A DNA stretch of 62,438 bases, the filler included. It is 5 parts of 5 records of this genome, joined end to end, with 100 filler letters (N's around TTAATTAATTAA, not from the genome) between each part and the next. Parts side by side here need not be neighbours in the genome. Positions count along the whole stretch, not along the records: positions 1 to 30,026 come from SRR31156797_5530; 4 more parts are not named here. One strand, given 5' to 3'. The stretch's first letter is position 1. Each line of letters begins with the position of its first letter. This document shows, piece after piece, positions 9,961-19,480 of this stretch. The notes under the pieces are model-generated. The model was not told where the DNA came from. It did no database searches and saw only the letters and a list, made by a program, of their open reading frames with translations. A program made the translations under genes and the position numbers.

Positions 9961-12828
9961 TTATTTAATAACAACACGCTTCACGTTAGATTTTGTTTCT
10001 GAAGTTACTTTTACTAAGTATACTCCTTTAGTATCCAGGCTTAAAGCAACAACTCCACCGGCAACAGCTTCTTTTGTTAACACTACATTTCCTGTAACGT
10101 CATAAATAGTAATTACCTGATCAAGTCCATCTTCTAAAGAAACAGTAAAGTTTCCATTTGATGGATTTGGATAGATCTCTAATTGAGCTGTTTCTAATGA
10201 ACCAACAGATGTTGTTCCAACATAAATGGCTATTTCGTTACTGTAAACAGTTACAGAAGCTCCATCATCATCAAGTACAGTTGCCTCATATACGATATAG
10301 TGATTTCCTTCGTAGATATCGAAAGGTAAATAAGTAGCACCTGTTTCCTGTACAGGGAAGAACTCATTATAAGGTCCACCAGGAGTAGTAGAATATTTCC
10401 ACTGAACACCTGTAGCTCCTTCTGGTAAAGTATAACTTAATTCTGTTGCGTCATCACCTAATGAGTCATCAGCAATATACTGATCAGTAGCTGGACTTAC
10501 TGTTATATCAACAATTTTAACAGGTACAGCATTTGATGTAACATCAGTATCATCACCAACACAAACTACATAATAAGTACCTGCTTCTGCAAAAGCAACT
10601 TCTGCAGTAGCACCGGTAACAGGAGTAGCGAAGCTTTCGAATGGACCAGTTGCACTAGTTGACCATTTCCACTCAAATGTAGAATAAGCACCTGAGTTAA
10701 TTAAAGATAGGGTAGCTGTAGACTGACCTTTACCTACAACTTGCGTTTTTGTTTGCTCAACACCAAATGCACTTAGGTCACGGATAGATACTGTAGTAAT
10801 ATCTGTATTTGGATCATATACCATGTAAGGAACTGTTCCTGTTGGAGTGATAAACTTAGGATTGAAAGTGTACTCACCAGTCTCCGCATCTAAAGTACCT
10901 GTAATCCAAGGTGCAATAGTACCTCTGGCATCACCTTGCCACTGATATTTTGCGTTACCATCCATACGGAATTCTGAGTAACCTGCATTTGCAGAAACAC
11001 GTCCAGGCCAGGCGTTAAAATGCATCACTGCATTATCCATAATATGTAAATTAGCACCTGTTGCAGGATTATCACTTCCTCCTAATAAGATCGCTGAACC
11101 ATTAATGATAACATGCGCATCATTTTTAACTGAGAATAATGTATTTAAGTCATATAATCTTAAGAATCCATTATCATAGACAAATACACCACCTTCGATA
11201 GAATAAGATCCAGGTGAAGACCAGTGAGCTGAGTTACGATACCAAACTGTATCTGTAGTTGACTCTCCGGTAAACTTAAACAATCCATCAGTACCTACAG
11301 TCAATCCTGCGATTGTATCTTTTTCACCACCTGCTACTTCAACAGTCATTCCATCTGGAATAGTTAAATTATTCTTATGAATATAAGCAGCCGGATCCCA
11401 GTTCATCATGTTTCTACCATTCATTTCATCACCCACTACATCTCCTTCAAAAGTAAGGTTAAGTGCGCCTGAGTTCCAGGTAGCCATATTAAATTGAACT
11501 TCTTTAGTTGTATTAACAACTCCGTCAATAGTAGATTCACAAACAACAAAATACGTTCCTTCCGTATCAAAACTAGCAGAGAACTCAACTCCTGATACAA
11601 CAGGATCAAATGACATATATGGTCCACCCGGTGTAGTCGCATACTTCCACTCTCTTGAACTAGCTTCTGTTTCTTCAATGACTTCAATCATAAATGCAGT
11701 TTGCCCAACACGTAAGTTTTGAGTAACATCATTACTTAATACCGCTTTATTTGAAGAAACAATACACTCGATACTATTTGTATAATGATCTGTAGTTCCA
11801 TCGTTACCTTTAAGTGCTAAATAATAAGTACCAGCTTCAGCAAACAATGGAGTGATAGAAGCATTGGTTTCTGCAGGATCAAAACTCATATCAAAAGTTC
11901 CATCCACAGTTCCATATACCCACTCAATACCACCTGTCATTGAAGCAAATCCATCATTTTGAATAACTGCAACTTCAGAACCCGCTTCACCTGCAATTAA
12001 CAGTTGTCTGTCTGTTGGTTCAATCACAAAAGCTGTTTTTAATCGTGTATTAATAATTGTTTGAACTGTTAACGCATCATACTTCACTACTAAATCACGA
12101 TCTTCTGCAGTTGCAATACTACCTGCTTCTATTAAACCATTAATCCAGTCTACAATATCACCATTCACTCTTAATTCAGCATCTTCATCAATATAAAGAT
12201 GAACACGCCCCAAGCCTGAAGGAATACGATCCAACACACTCATAGTAACTAATGTATGGCCAAGAATATTCATTCGACCACCTTTAGTTCCGTTTCTATC
12301 ACCAAAACCAACCCAGTGTCTAAAAGTAGCTGTATCACAATCTAATGTAACCACCAATGAGTCATTATCACAATACCAGTTTTTATTTCTGTTATAATGG
12401 AAATTACCTCCAATAACATTAATAATACCTCTTACATAATCACCAGCACTCTCCTGATTTCCATTGATTCTAAAAGTAGCTCCTTCAGACATATTAATAG
12501 TTACTTCTCCTGTAGGAGTCCAGCTAGTTACTTCTCCAGTTTCCTCATCAGTTACAACAACTGATCCCTGGCTTACTGTACTAAAAATATTAACATCAAT
12601 ATCCTCGGTACCGGTAATCACACAAGCATTTGTATATGTACTAGAGTTACCGAAGAAAAGGTTATTTCCGGCCATAGTACCTTCAGGAGTCCAGTTAGCA
12701 GGCTCTGCAGCATCTGAACTAACGGTACCATTCCAGGTAAGATCTGATTGTGCAAACGTTGCCTGAGCCATCACAAACATGGCTGCTACCAGGCACAGCG
12801 TTTTCATTCTAAGATAAAGGTTTTTCAT
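9961..12828 (-). CDS. Secreted T9SS cargo protein of unknown function with duplicated modular architecture
   Basis: Signal peptide (...ATFA/QS); four repeats like WKYSTTPGGPY..F....GTYYVV; C-terminal IYPNPSNGNF...KGVYLVKV...KRVVIK. Confidence 0.8.
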   Translation of the reverse strand: MKNLYLRMKTLCLVAAMFVMAQATFAQSDLTWNGTVSSDAAEPANWTPEGTMAGNNLFFGNSSTYTNACVITGTEDIDVNIFSTVSQGSVVVTDEETGEVTSWTPTGEVTINMSEGATFRINGNQESAGDYVRGIINVIGGNFHYNRNKNWYCDNDSLVVTLDCDTATFRHWVGFGDRNGTKGGRMNILGHTLVTMSVLDRIPSGLGRVHLYIDEDAELRVNGDIVDWINGLIEAGSIATAEDRDLVVKYDALTVQTIINTRLKTAFVIEPTDRQLLIAGEAGSEVAVIQNDGFASMTGGIEWVYGTVDGTFDMSFDPAETNASITPLFAEAGTYYLALKGNDGTTDHYTNSIECIVSSNKAVLSNDVTQNLRVGQTAFMIEVIEETEASSREWKYATTPGGPYMSFDPVVSGVEFSASFDTEGTYFVVCESTIDGVVNTTKEVQFNMATWNSGALNLTFEGDVVGDEMNGRNMMNWDPAAYIHKNNLTIPDGMTVEVAGGEKDTIAGLTVGTDGLFKFTGESTTDTVWYRNSAHWSSPGSYSIEGGVFVYDNGFLRLYDLNTLFSVKNDAHVIINGSAILLGGSDNPATGANLHIMDNAVMHFNAWPGRVSANAGYSEFRMDGNAKYQWQGDARGTIAPWITGTLDAETGEYTFNPKFITPTGTVPYMVYDPNTDITTVSIRDLSAFGVEQTKTQVVGKGQSTATLSLINSGAYSTFEWKWSTSATGPFESFATPVTGATAEVAFAEAGTYYVVCVGDDTDVTSNAVPVKIVDITVSPATDQYIADDSLGDDATELSYTLPEGATGVQWKYSTTPGGPYNEFFPVQETGATYLPFDIYEGNHYIVYEATVLDDDGASVTVYSNEIAIYVGTTSVGSLETAQLEIYPNPSNGNFTVSLEDGLDQVITIYDVTGNVVLTKEAVAGGVVALSLDTKGVYLVKVTSETKSNVKRVVIK

Positions 12829-12869
12829 AACAATTGAATTTTAGTTTTAACACTATTTCTATATTTAGG

Positions 12870-12890
12870 AAAGCCGTTGAGTAAACGGCT
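12870..12890 (-). other. Intergenic stem-loop immediately after the susD stop
   Basis: AAGCCGTT-GAGTA-AACGGCTT with no strong U-tract; attenuator or stabiliser. Confidence 0.45.
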
Positions 12891-14635
12891 TATTTATCCT
12901 CTAAATCAAGTGGTAACCACCAGTTTTCTCTTTCAGAAAGCAGGGTTCTTACTTTTTCGGCAGTACCATTGTCTCCTGCCTTTTCAAATTTTTCAGCTAT
13001 TTTATCAGCCAAAATGGAGTTATCGCCACGACGTAAAGCCATACGCACCAAATCACCCCAACGATTTCCTTCGAAGGCTAACTCTAATGCATTTTCCTCG
13101 AGTATTTGATCTTCAATTACCAACAAAGAATCTGATCCTTCAGGAACAATAGTATTTTGTAGGCTTACACGGTTACGAACGCCCACATTTCTGTACCATA
13201 AACCACGGTGAACCGGTGGTACCTGAACATTATTAGTACTTCTTGCATCAAAATCATAAGGTGCAGACAAATGTGTTTGCTCCCAATTAAAAGCTCCGGT
13301 AACCTCACTTTTATCACCAGGATAAGCATAATTAGCCTGAATTCCATTATTCATAATAGCGTAGGCTACTTTGTGTTTTCCATCACGATTAGCTGCTTCA
13401 CTATAACGTAAATGCAGTGAACCAGCTCTCCACATAAACCATTTTCCTGACTTCTCGTAAGGTTTGTTTTCATCGTAATCGGAGATATACTTGGTAATAA
13501 CCGGATCATTTCCAATCATTCTATATGAACCTGTATTACCATTATCATCCTCAATATTACCTCTAAAGTCACCTTTAAAACCATTTCCTTGCGTTTGACT
13601 TTCCCAAAGGTCCATTGCTTTCATTGATGGCTTTAACAAGTAATCTCCTTGTTCTAGTGAGAACATATCATAAAACGGAGATGGCTCATAAACACTATGG
13701 AAATACATTACCCAAATCCATTCGTCGTAGTAATCTCCACTTCCATAAGTCGAAAACAATGTAGCCCAATTATTCACTGCACTTTCAATATCATTTTCGT
13801 AATAGCGGGTATAGCGGCTGAAATAATGAGTAAAATTGAAGAAGTCGGTAGGAATTTTATATCTGTCCTGATCACCTGTAGCTCTTTCCATTAAATTTTT
13901 AAAATAAGTAGCCGCCTGCAAATAATTACCGTTCCAAAGGTTTAACTCTCCTAACAAATATTCTTTATCGATAAATGCAATAGTTTGAGAGAAACCATCC
14001 AGACTTGTTGTCATATCTTCATCATTATAAGGATCTTTAAATGGCAAAGCCTCCATAAAGGTTAATAAGGTACTCACCATTTCCTCAACTCCAAGAACAG
14101 GAGCATCTGCCGTATTGATTACGGAAAGGTCTTCAATCGTAACAATTGGTTCTGTTAAGTACGGTACACTTCCATAGTGAATGACTAATTGCAAATACAA
14201 GTAACTGCGTAAGGCACCCATATCAGAGAATCTCTGAGCATATTCATCTTCAGTGATTTTTGATTCACTTAACATGATTTCCAGATTAGCCATGACATCA
14301 TTACAGTTGTTAATTACTTTATAGATGGGTCTGGCATCTGCCCACGGATTACCTTCAACAACACTATGTGCACTAATCTCTTCCAGGTAATGATCAGCAT
14401 TATAGGTAATATCCATTAAATCAGCCCTTAATTCGTTTAGCACAACCAACTGCGGAGCTAAATCCTGAAATAAGGCGTATACACCTAAAACGGCATTATT
14501 GGCGTCATCAATACTTTGATAATGTTCCGATTCTTTAAGCACATCCACATTATCAACCTCTAAAATGTCGTTACAGGAAAACATAAAAAAGGTAATTCCT
14601 ATAAGTACATATGCTATATAATTTCTTTTATTCAT
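12890..14635 (-). CDS. susD: RagB/SusD family outer-membrane lipoprotein
   Basis: Lipobox FMFSC; YKVINNCN; ENALELAFEGNRWGDLVR; directly downstream of a SusC. Confidence 0.9.
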   Translation of the reverse strand: MNKRNYIAYVLIGITFFMFSCNDILEVDNVDVLKESEHYQSIDDANNAVLGVYALFQDLAPQLVVLNELRADLMDITYNADHYLEEISAHSVVEGNPWADARPIYKVINNCNDVMANLEIMLSESKITEDEYAQRFSDMGALRSYLYLQLVIHYGSVPYLTEPIVTIEDLSVINTADAPVLGVEEMVSTLLTFMEALPFKDPYNDEDMTTSLDGFSQTIAFIDKEYLLGELNLWNGNYLQAATYFKNLMERATGDQDRYKIPTDFFNFTHYFSRYTRYYENDIESAVNNWATLFSTYGSGDYYDEWIWVMYFHSVYEPSPFYDMFSLEQGDYLLKPSMKAMDLWESQTQGNGFKGDFRGNIEDDNGNTGSYRMIGNDPVITKYISDYDENKPYEKSGKWFMWRAGSLHLRYSEAANRDGKHKVAYAIMNNGIQANYAYPGDKSEVTGAFNWEQTHLSAPYDFDARSTNNVQVPPVHRGLWYRNVGVRNRVSLQNTIVPEGSDSLLVIEDQILEENALELAFEGNRWGDLVRMALRRGDNSILADKIAEKFEKAGDNGTAEKVRTLLSERENWWLPLDLEDK

Positions 14636-14657
14636 ATCGTGAGATTTTCTTTTCGAA

Positions 14658-17600
14658 TTATAGTTTCAGCTTAATACCGATTAATACTGATTTTACAGCA
14701 GGAGGTAAACCAACGTCAATTCCTCTGCTAAGCGCAGAATTACTAATACTAAAATCAGGATCCATACCTTTATAACCTGTTAATGTAAGTAGGTTGTTTC
14801 CGGTTACAAATAACTCTGGTTTATCAAGGAATCCTGTACTTAGAGGAAGTTTATAACTCAATGTAATATTTGTTAACCTTAAATAAGATCCATCTTCAAT
14901 CCATCGGTCAGAAAAGCGGTTGTTCATCATTGGATCACCATATACTGCTTTAGGAATATCGGTAACCTGACCTTCGTAACGCCATCTGTTTCTAACTATT
15001 TCTGTTTGATTATTGAAAGAATCCATTGATTCCATATTATAACGTAATGCGTTGAATACATCATTACCTAGAGAAAAACCAAGGTTGGCAATTAAAGTAA
15101 AGTCCTTGTAGTTTAAGCGGGTTTGAATACCTCCGGCCAAATCAGGTGTAGGGTCTCCAATTATTACACGGTCGTTTTCATCAATAATACTTGTATAATC
15201 TTCTCCTTCTACATTATCTGCATGATGATCAACAAAAATGACATCACCAGCACCAAATGCAACAATATCTGTATTTGGTAAATAGTTAGCTAAACCAGAT
15301 GCCTGAGCTGCTTCTGTTGTAGCATATACTCCATTGGTTTCGTATCCATAAAATACGCCAACAGACTCGCCTACTTTTGTTAATACTGTTGCTCCGTATA
15401 ATTCAGTTTCCAATTGGTCGCCATGAAGTTTAGTTACTTCTGTTTTATACTTACTTAGAGCTATTCCTAAATCCCACTTTACTGGTCCGTTTAGAATGCG
15501 AGCATTTACGCTTACATCAATACCTTGAGTTGTAAAGCTACCGTTGTTAAAGCTGTAATTATCCTCGCCTGAGAAAACAGATGCAACTTTTTGCTCTATC
15601 ATATCCGTTGTTTCATTTTGATAAACATCAGCAGAAACAGTTAATCGGCTATGCAAAAGTTCTAAATCAACACCGGCATTTATTTTTGTATTCTTTTCCC
15701 ATTTAATCCAAGGATTATAAATATTTCCTCTGATTACACCTTGTTGACCTAAGTAATTTTTAGCGGTATAGTATTTATAGCGGTTATATAAACCAATATC
15801 ATCATTACCGGTTAAACCATAACTGGCTCTGATTTTAAATAAATCGATAAATGAAACATCCGAAAGGAAAGGCTCTGAACTTAGCACCCAAGCTCCTGAA
15901 ACGGATGGGAACAATCCAAATACATTATCACCTATTTTAATTCCATCTGCCTCTGAACCAAATTGAGTAGCAGCATCTAATGAAACACTTGCTGACAAAT
16001 AGTATTTCTTTAAATAACCATAATTAACCGAAGCATATGATGTTAATGTATTCCAATCACTTAAGAATCCTCCTCCTTCACTAAACAATGGGTCACCCTG
16101 ACCTACACTTGTAATCTGATCACTGGCTGTATTCGCACCTGTTCCCCAATCTTCTTCAACCTGATTCATACTGTAACGAACACCTGCTATGGCATTAATA
16201 TCGTGAACTCGGTTAAAAGTATTGGTGTAGTTTAATCTTAAATCATTATTAATATTATACTGTTTTTGAGTTCTGTAACCATTTTCGTTAAGTATCTCTC
16301 CTAAATCATTTATGGTAGGCTGAACACCTGCAGCTGGAACAAAAAACAATTCTCTTTCCTTGTTAAAGGCAATACCTACCAGGTTACTGATGGTTAAATT
16401 TTCATTTACAATAGCATTGATATTGAAAGAACCGAAAACCCTGTAATTCTTAGCAACCTGATTCATTCCATTGGTATTGGTCATTAGAGTACCCGGGTTA
16501 CTTACGCCAAAAACATCATAGTCTTCATAAACCGGAGTAACGATACCTGTAGATGTGCGCACATAAGGATGTAAAAATGGTGCCTTAATTAAGGAAGTAT
16601 AAAAAGGATTATCCTTACCTGTCATGGTTCTTCCCGACTTAAAGTTTTGTACACCTCTTGCAAAACTAATACTTGAGTTAACGTTAAATACTTTACTTAT
16701 TTCGATATCCGAGTTAAATCGCATATTGAATCGCGAGTAATCCGTTTCTTTTACAGTTCCTTCATTTTTCAGGTAGTTTACCGATAATGAATACAAAGCC
16801 ACATCATCACCACCGGTAATTCTCATACCTATTTTTCTGTTGTAGCTACTGGCGAACAACTCTTCCTGCCATTCTTTATTATTGTGATATCTGTAATAAT
16901 CTTCGTAAGAAGTATTGTTAATCATGTATGGTAATCGCTCAATAGAGTCCTGGCTAATGCCTGTACTTACCAACATGTCATTCAGGTATAATCTGTAATC
17001 ATCAGCTCCTAATACAGGTAAACTATTCGTTTTCATATTGATACCACCAGACATATTTAACTCTATTTTGTTAGACTGCTCTGTGGCTCTGCGCGTTCTG
17101 ATATAAATAACACCGTTAGCTGCTTTGGCTCCATAAATAGAGGCCGCATCTTTTACAACCGTTACATTTTCAATATCTGAAACATCGATTGAAGAAAGTC
17201 CGTTATTACGGTGTCCCCAGATAGTTGACGTTCCATATTCCTGATCGTCATAGATCATTCCATCAACTACAATTAAAGGTCTGTTGTTTCCGTGTAAAGA
17301 AGAGAAACCCCTGATAAATAAATCTGAACCCTCTCCCGGCATTCCTGAACGATTTAGAACTTCGACACCAGCCAATTGATTTTTGAAAACGGATTCAGCA
17401 GAAACCAGCCCTTTTTCATTCGCATTTTCGAAACTATGTCCAAATGACATATTTTCAATAGCTTGTGTTGAATAAGCTAATTTTGGCTGCGTATAAAATA
17501 AATTGGCATGTTCCTGAAAAGTAGCATAACCAATAGGCGTTAAGTAAATGTCAACATGCGTACGTCCTGCCAAAACCACTTCTTTGGTCTGATAACCCAT

Positions 17601-17852
17601 AAAAGCAACTTTCAGTACATTGTCATACGACTTTACCTCAATTTCATAATTACCCTCCAAATCAGAGAATGTGGAAGCGATATCTGAATTATCTATTGCA
17701 ACAAACTCAAGGGGCTTGTGCGTTTCTGCATCAAAAACAGTACCTGTAACCACCAAACTTGTTGAGTCGGCCTCCTGTGCAAATACACCGGCAGATACTA
17801 TCATTACACAAACAAATAATAAGATCTGTTTTATATTCGTCATAATTCTCAT
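14658..17852 (-). CDS. susC: SusC/RagA TonB-dependent transporter
   Basis: Carboxypeptidase-like N-domain, plug PLIVVDG...DIENVTVVKDAASIYGAKAANGVI, KIRASYGLTGN, SDRWIEDGSYLRL. Confidence 0.93.
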   Translation of the reverse strand: MRIMTNIKQILLFVCVMIVSAGVFAQEADSTSLVVTGTVFDAETHKPLEFVAIDNSDIASTFSDLEGNYEIEVKSYDNVLKVAFMGYQTKEVVLAGRTHVDIYLTPIGYATFQEHANLFYTQPKLAYSTQAIENMSFGHSFENANEKGLVSAESVFKNQLAGVEVLNRSGMPGEGSDLFIRGFSSLHGNNRPLIVVDGMIYDDQEYGTSTIWGHRNNGLSSIDVSDIENVTVVKDAASIYGAKAANGVIYIRTRRATEQSNKIELNMSGGINMKTNSLPVLGADDYRLYLNDMLVSTGISQDSIERLPYMINNTSYEDYYRYHNNKEWQEELFASSYNRKIGMRITGGDDVALYSLSVNYLKNEGTVKETDYSRFNMRFNSDIEISKVFNVNSSISFARGVQNFKSGRTMTGKDNPFYTSLIKAPFLHPYVRTSTGIVTPVYEDYDVFGVSNPGTLMTNTNGMNQVAKNYRVFGSFNINAIVNENLTISNLVGIAFNKERELFFVPAAGVQPTINDLGEILNENGYRTQKQYNINNDLRLNYTNTFNRVHDINAIAGVRYSMNQVEEDWGTGANTASDQITSVGQGDPLFSEGGGFLSDWNTLTSYASVNYGYLKKYYLSASVSLDAATQFGSEADGIKIGDNVFGLFPSVSGAWVLSSEPFLSDVSFIDLFKIRASYGLTGNDDIGLYNRYKYYTAKNYLGQQGVIRGNIYNPWIKWEKNTKINAGVDLELLHSRLTVSADVYQNETTDMIEQKVASVFSGEDNYSFNNGSFTTQGIDVSVNARILNGPVKWDLGIALSKYKTEVTKLHGDQLETELYGATVLTKVGESVGVFYGYETNGVYATTEAAQASGLANYLPNTDIVAFGAGDVIFVDHHADNVEGEDYTSIIDENDRVIIGDPTPDLAGGIQTRLNYKDFTLIANLGFSLGNDVFNALRYNMESMDSFNNQTEIVRNRWRYEGQVTDIPKAVYGDPMMNNRFSDRWIEDGSYLRLTNITLSYKLPLSTGFLDKPELFVTGNNLLTLTGYKGMDPDFSISNSALSRGIDVGLPPAVKSVLIGIKLKL

Positions 17853-17859
17853 TTTTCAA

Positions 17860-19377
17860 TTATTCGAAATGTGGGACTAGTTTGATGTAATCAGCTACTA
17901 CAGCAGCTCCACTATCCTCATTTTGTAACCATAAATAAATATCTCTCATAGAAGTAAACTTATAGAATCCCACTTCCACCTCCTGTGCCTCTTCATATGA
18001 CAAGTCTGTAACTTCGATATAATCTGAAACACCAATCATAGGGTTAAAATCATAGGTGAAATTATTCTCTGATATTAATGTTGTATATCCTAGCTTTTGC
18101 TTTAATATATAGTCATCTCCTTTAGAAACTCTGTATGAACCATTAAAGTCATTAACTGCTTTCCAGTAAAACTTATAGGTTGTAGAGGAAACTTCTCCGG
18201 CATGCATAATATAACCTGTTCCTACTGTGCTCGATGATGAATTATCTAATACATAATCATATCCGCCAGAAGCAGCTTCTCTTACTCGCTTATAACCTGC
18301 AGGGCTACCGATAATACCATCTCCGGCAACGGTATAATTATCATAGAAACGTTCAAGGGTTTCTGCCTCAATAATAATTGGCTGTATTTTGTTGGGCAAT
18401 GGCACTGCACAGCTTGAGATATGATGAACCCACCCATTGCTACATTTTACAGAGGATGTAATTAAGCTTTTATTAATCGGCACCATCACTGAATCCACTG
18501 ACAATAATTCAGCAGGAATTTCATCTGCGCTAAAGTCCTGAGTAAAAACATAATCTTTTGTGATTTTGTATTCACACATTTCTTTGTTAATTAAAATAGC
18601 TTCATCTGTTGTAGCAGAAGTAACCTTATAATATGGTGTATATGTTTCAAATTCTAATGTGAAAGCTTCATCATCTATAATTAAAACTGTATAGGTAGAA
18701 TCTTCTACTCTTAAATCAGCTACATCATCTAAAAAGGAGTTTTTCCAAACCATTCCGGACTCTATATCATAAATAGGCTGACCGTCATCTGTGTAACCTG
18801 TAATTGTTGCTACTTCCTCGTCGAACACTTCACCGGATAATGAATTCAGGTAATCTATATGCTTGTTAGCTGATTCATAAGATTCGATATAATCCCAGAT
18901 ATTATTTTTAGGTGTCAGTTGCTCCTGAATCAATTGCATAAAACCATTTTTAATGGCAATATCTTTACTCTCAACCGTAACCTCATCAATGCTGTTTTTA
19001 TCTACCTTAAGCGCCTTTCCACTTAACATTTTAATTCTGGCTTCATCTTCTAAACCATAAAGTTGAATACCACCTTTATTGATATGGTTTGCTACAAATT
19101 GGTATAGCTCTGTTGCATCTTCCGGAAGAGCCGTTAAACTTGTATTTGATGGAACCCAAACAGTAAACATTTTAGCCTGTAATAAAGTATCGCTTAGACC
19201 TGTACTTTTTAAGGCCGCCAAAAAATTACTGTACTCAGGCAGTTTCTCCAATTCCTCTAAGAAAGTTGCTGATGCAGTAGAGTCGGATAATTCGGAATAA
19301 TCATCCCAGGCATCTTTACAACCCTGCAAAAGCAATATTGAAAAAACAATAGTGAATTGAATTATATATTTTTTCAT
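17860..19377 (-). CDS. Fasciclin-domain lipoprotein (PUL surface protein)
   Basis: Lipobox LLQGC after the likely start MKKYIIQF (19377); FAS1-like FTVWVPSN...NHI...NGFMQ and a second NGWVHHI motif. Confidence 0.7.
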   Translation of the reverse strand: MKKYIIQFTIVFSILLLQGCKDAWDDYSELSDSTASATFLEELEKLPEYSNFLAALKSTGLSDTLLQAKMFTVWVPSNTSLTALPEDATELYQFVANHINKGGIQLYGLEDEARIKMLSGKALKVDKNSIDEVTVESKDIAIKNGFMQLIQEQLTPKNNIWDYIESYESANKHIDYLNSLSGEVFDEEVATITGYTDDGQPIYDIESGMVWKNSFLDDVADLRVEDSTYTVLIIDDEAFTLEFETYTPYYKVTSATTDEAILINKEMCEYKITKDYVFTQDFSADEIPAELLSVDSVMVPINKSLITSSVKCSNGWVHHISSCAVPLPNKIQPIIIEAETLERFYDNYTVAGDGIIGSPAGYKRVREAASGGYDYVLDNSSSSTVGTGYIMHAGEVSSTTYKFYWKAVNDFNGSYRVSKGDDYILKQKLGYTTLISENNFTYDFNPMIGVSDYIEVTDLSYEEAQEVEVGFYKFTSMRDIYLWLQNEDSGAAVVADYIKLVPHFE

Positions 19378-19400
19378 GCGTTTGAAATTTTCATTTGTTG

Positions 19401-19449
19401 CATGGAACTCCCAAATAAGCTGGAAACCCAACTTATCTGGTCGTTTCAT
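19401..19449 (-). ncRNA. Putative structured cis-RNA element, copy 2
   Basis: ATGAAACGA-CCAGATAAGTTGG-GTTT-CCAGCTTATTTGG-GAGTTCCATG; ends 23 nt before ATG 19377. Confidence 0.5.
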
Positions 19450-19480
19450 TATTTTGTTTTAATTGTCATTATTTACACCC

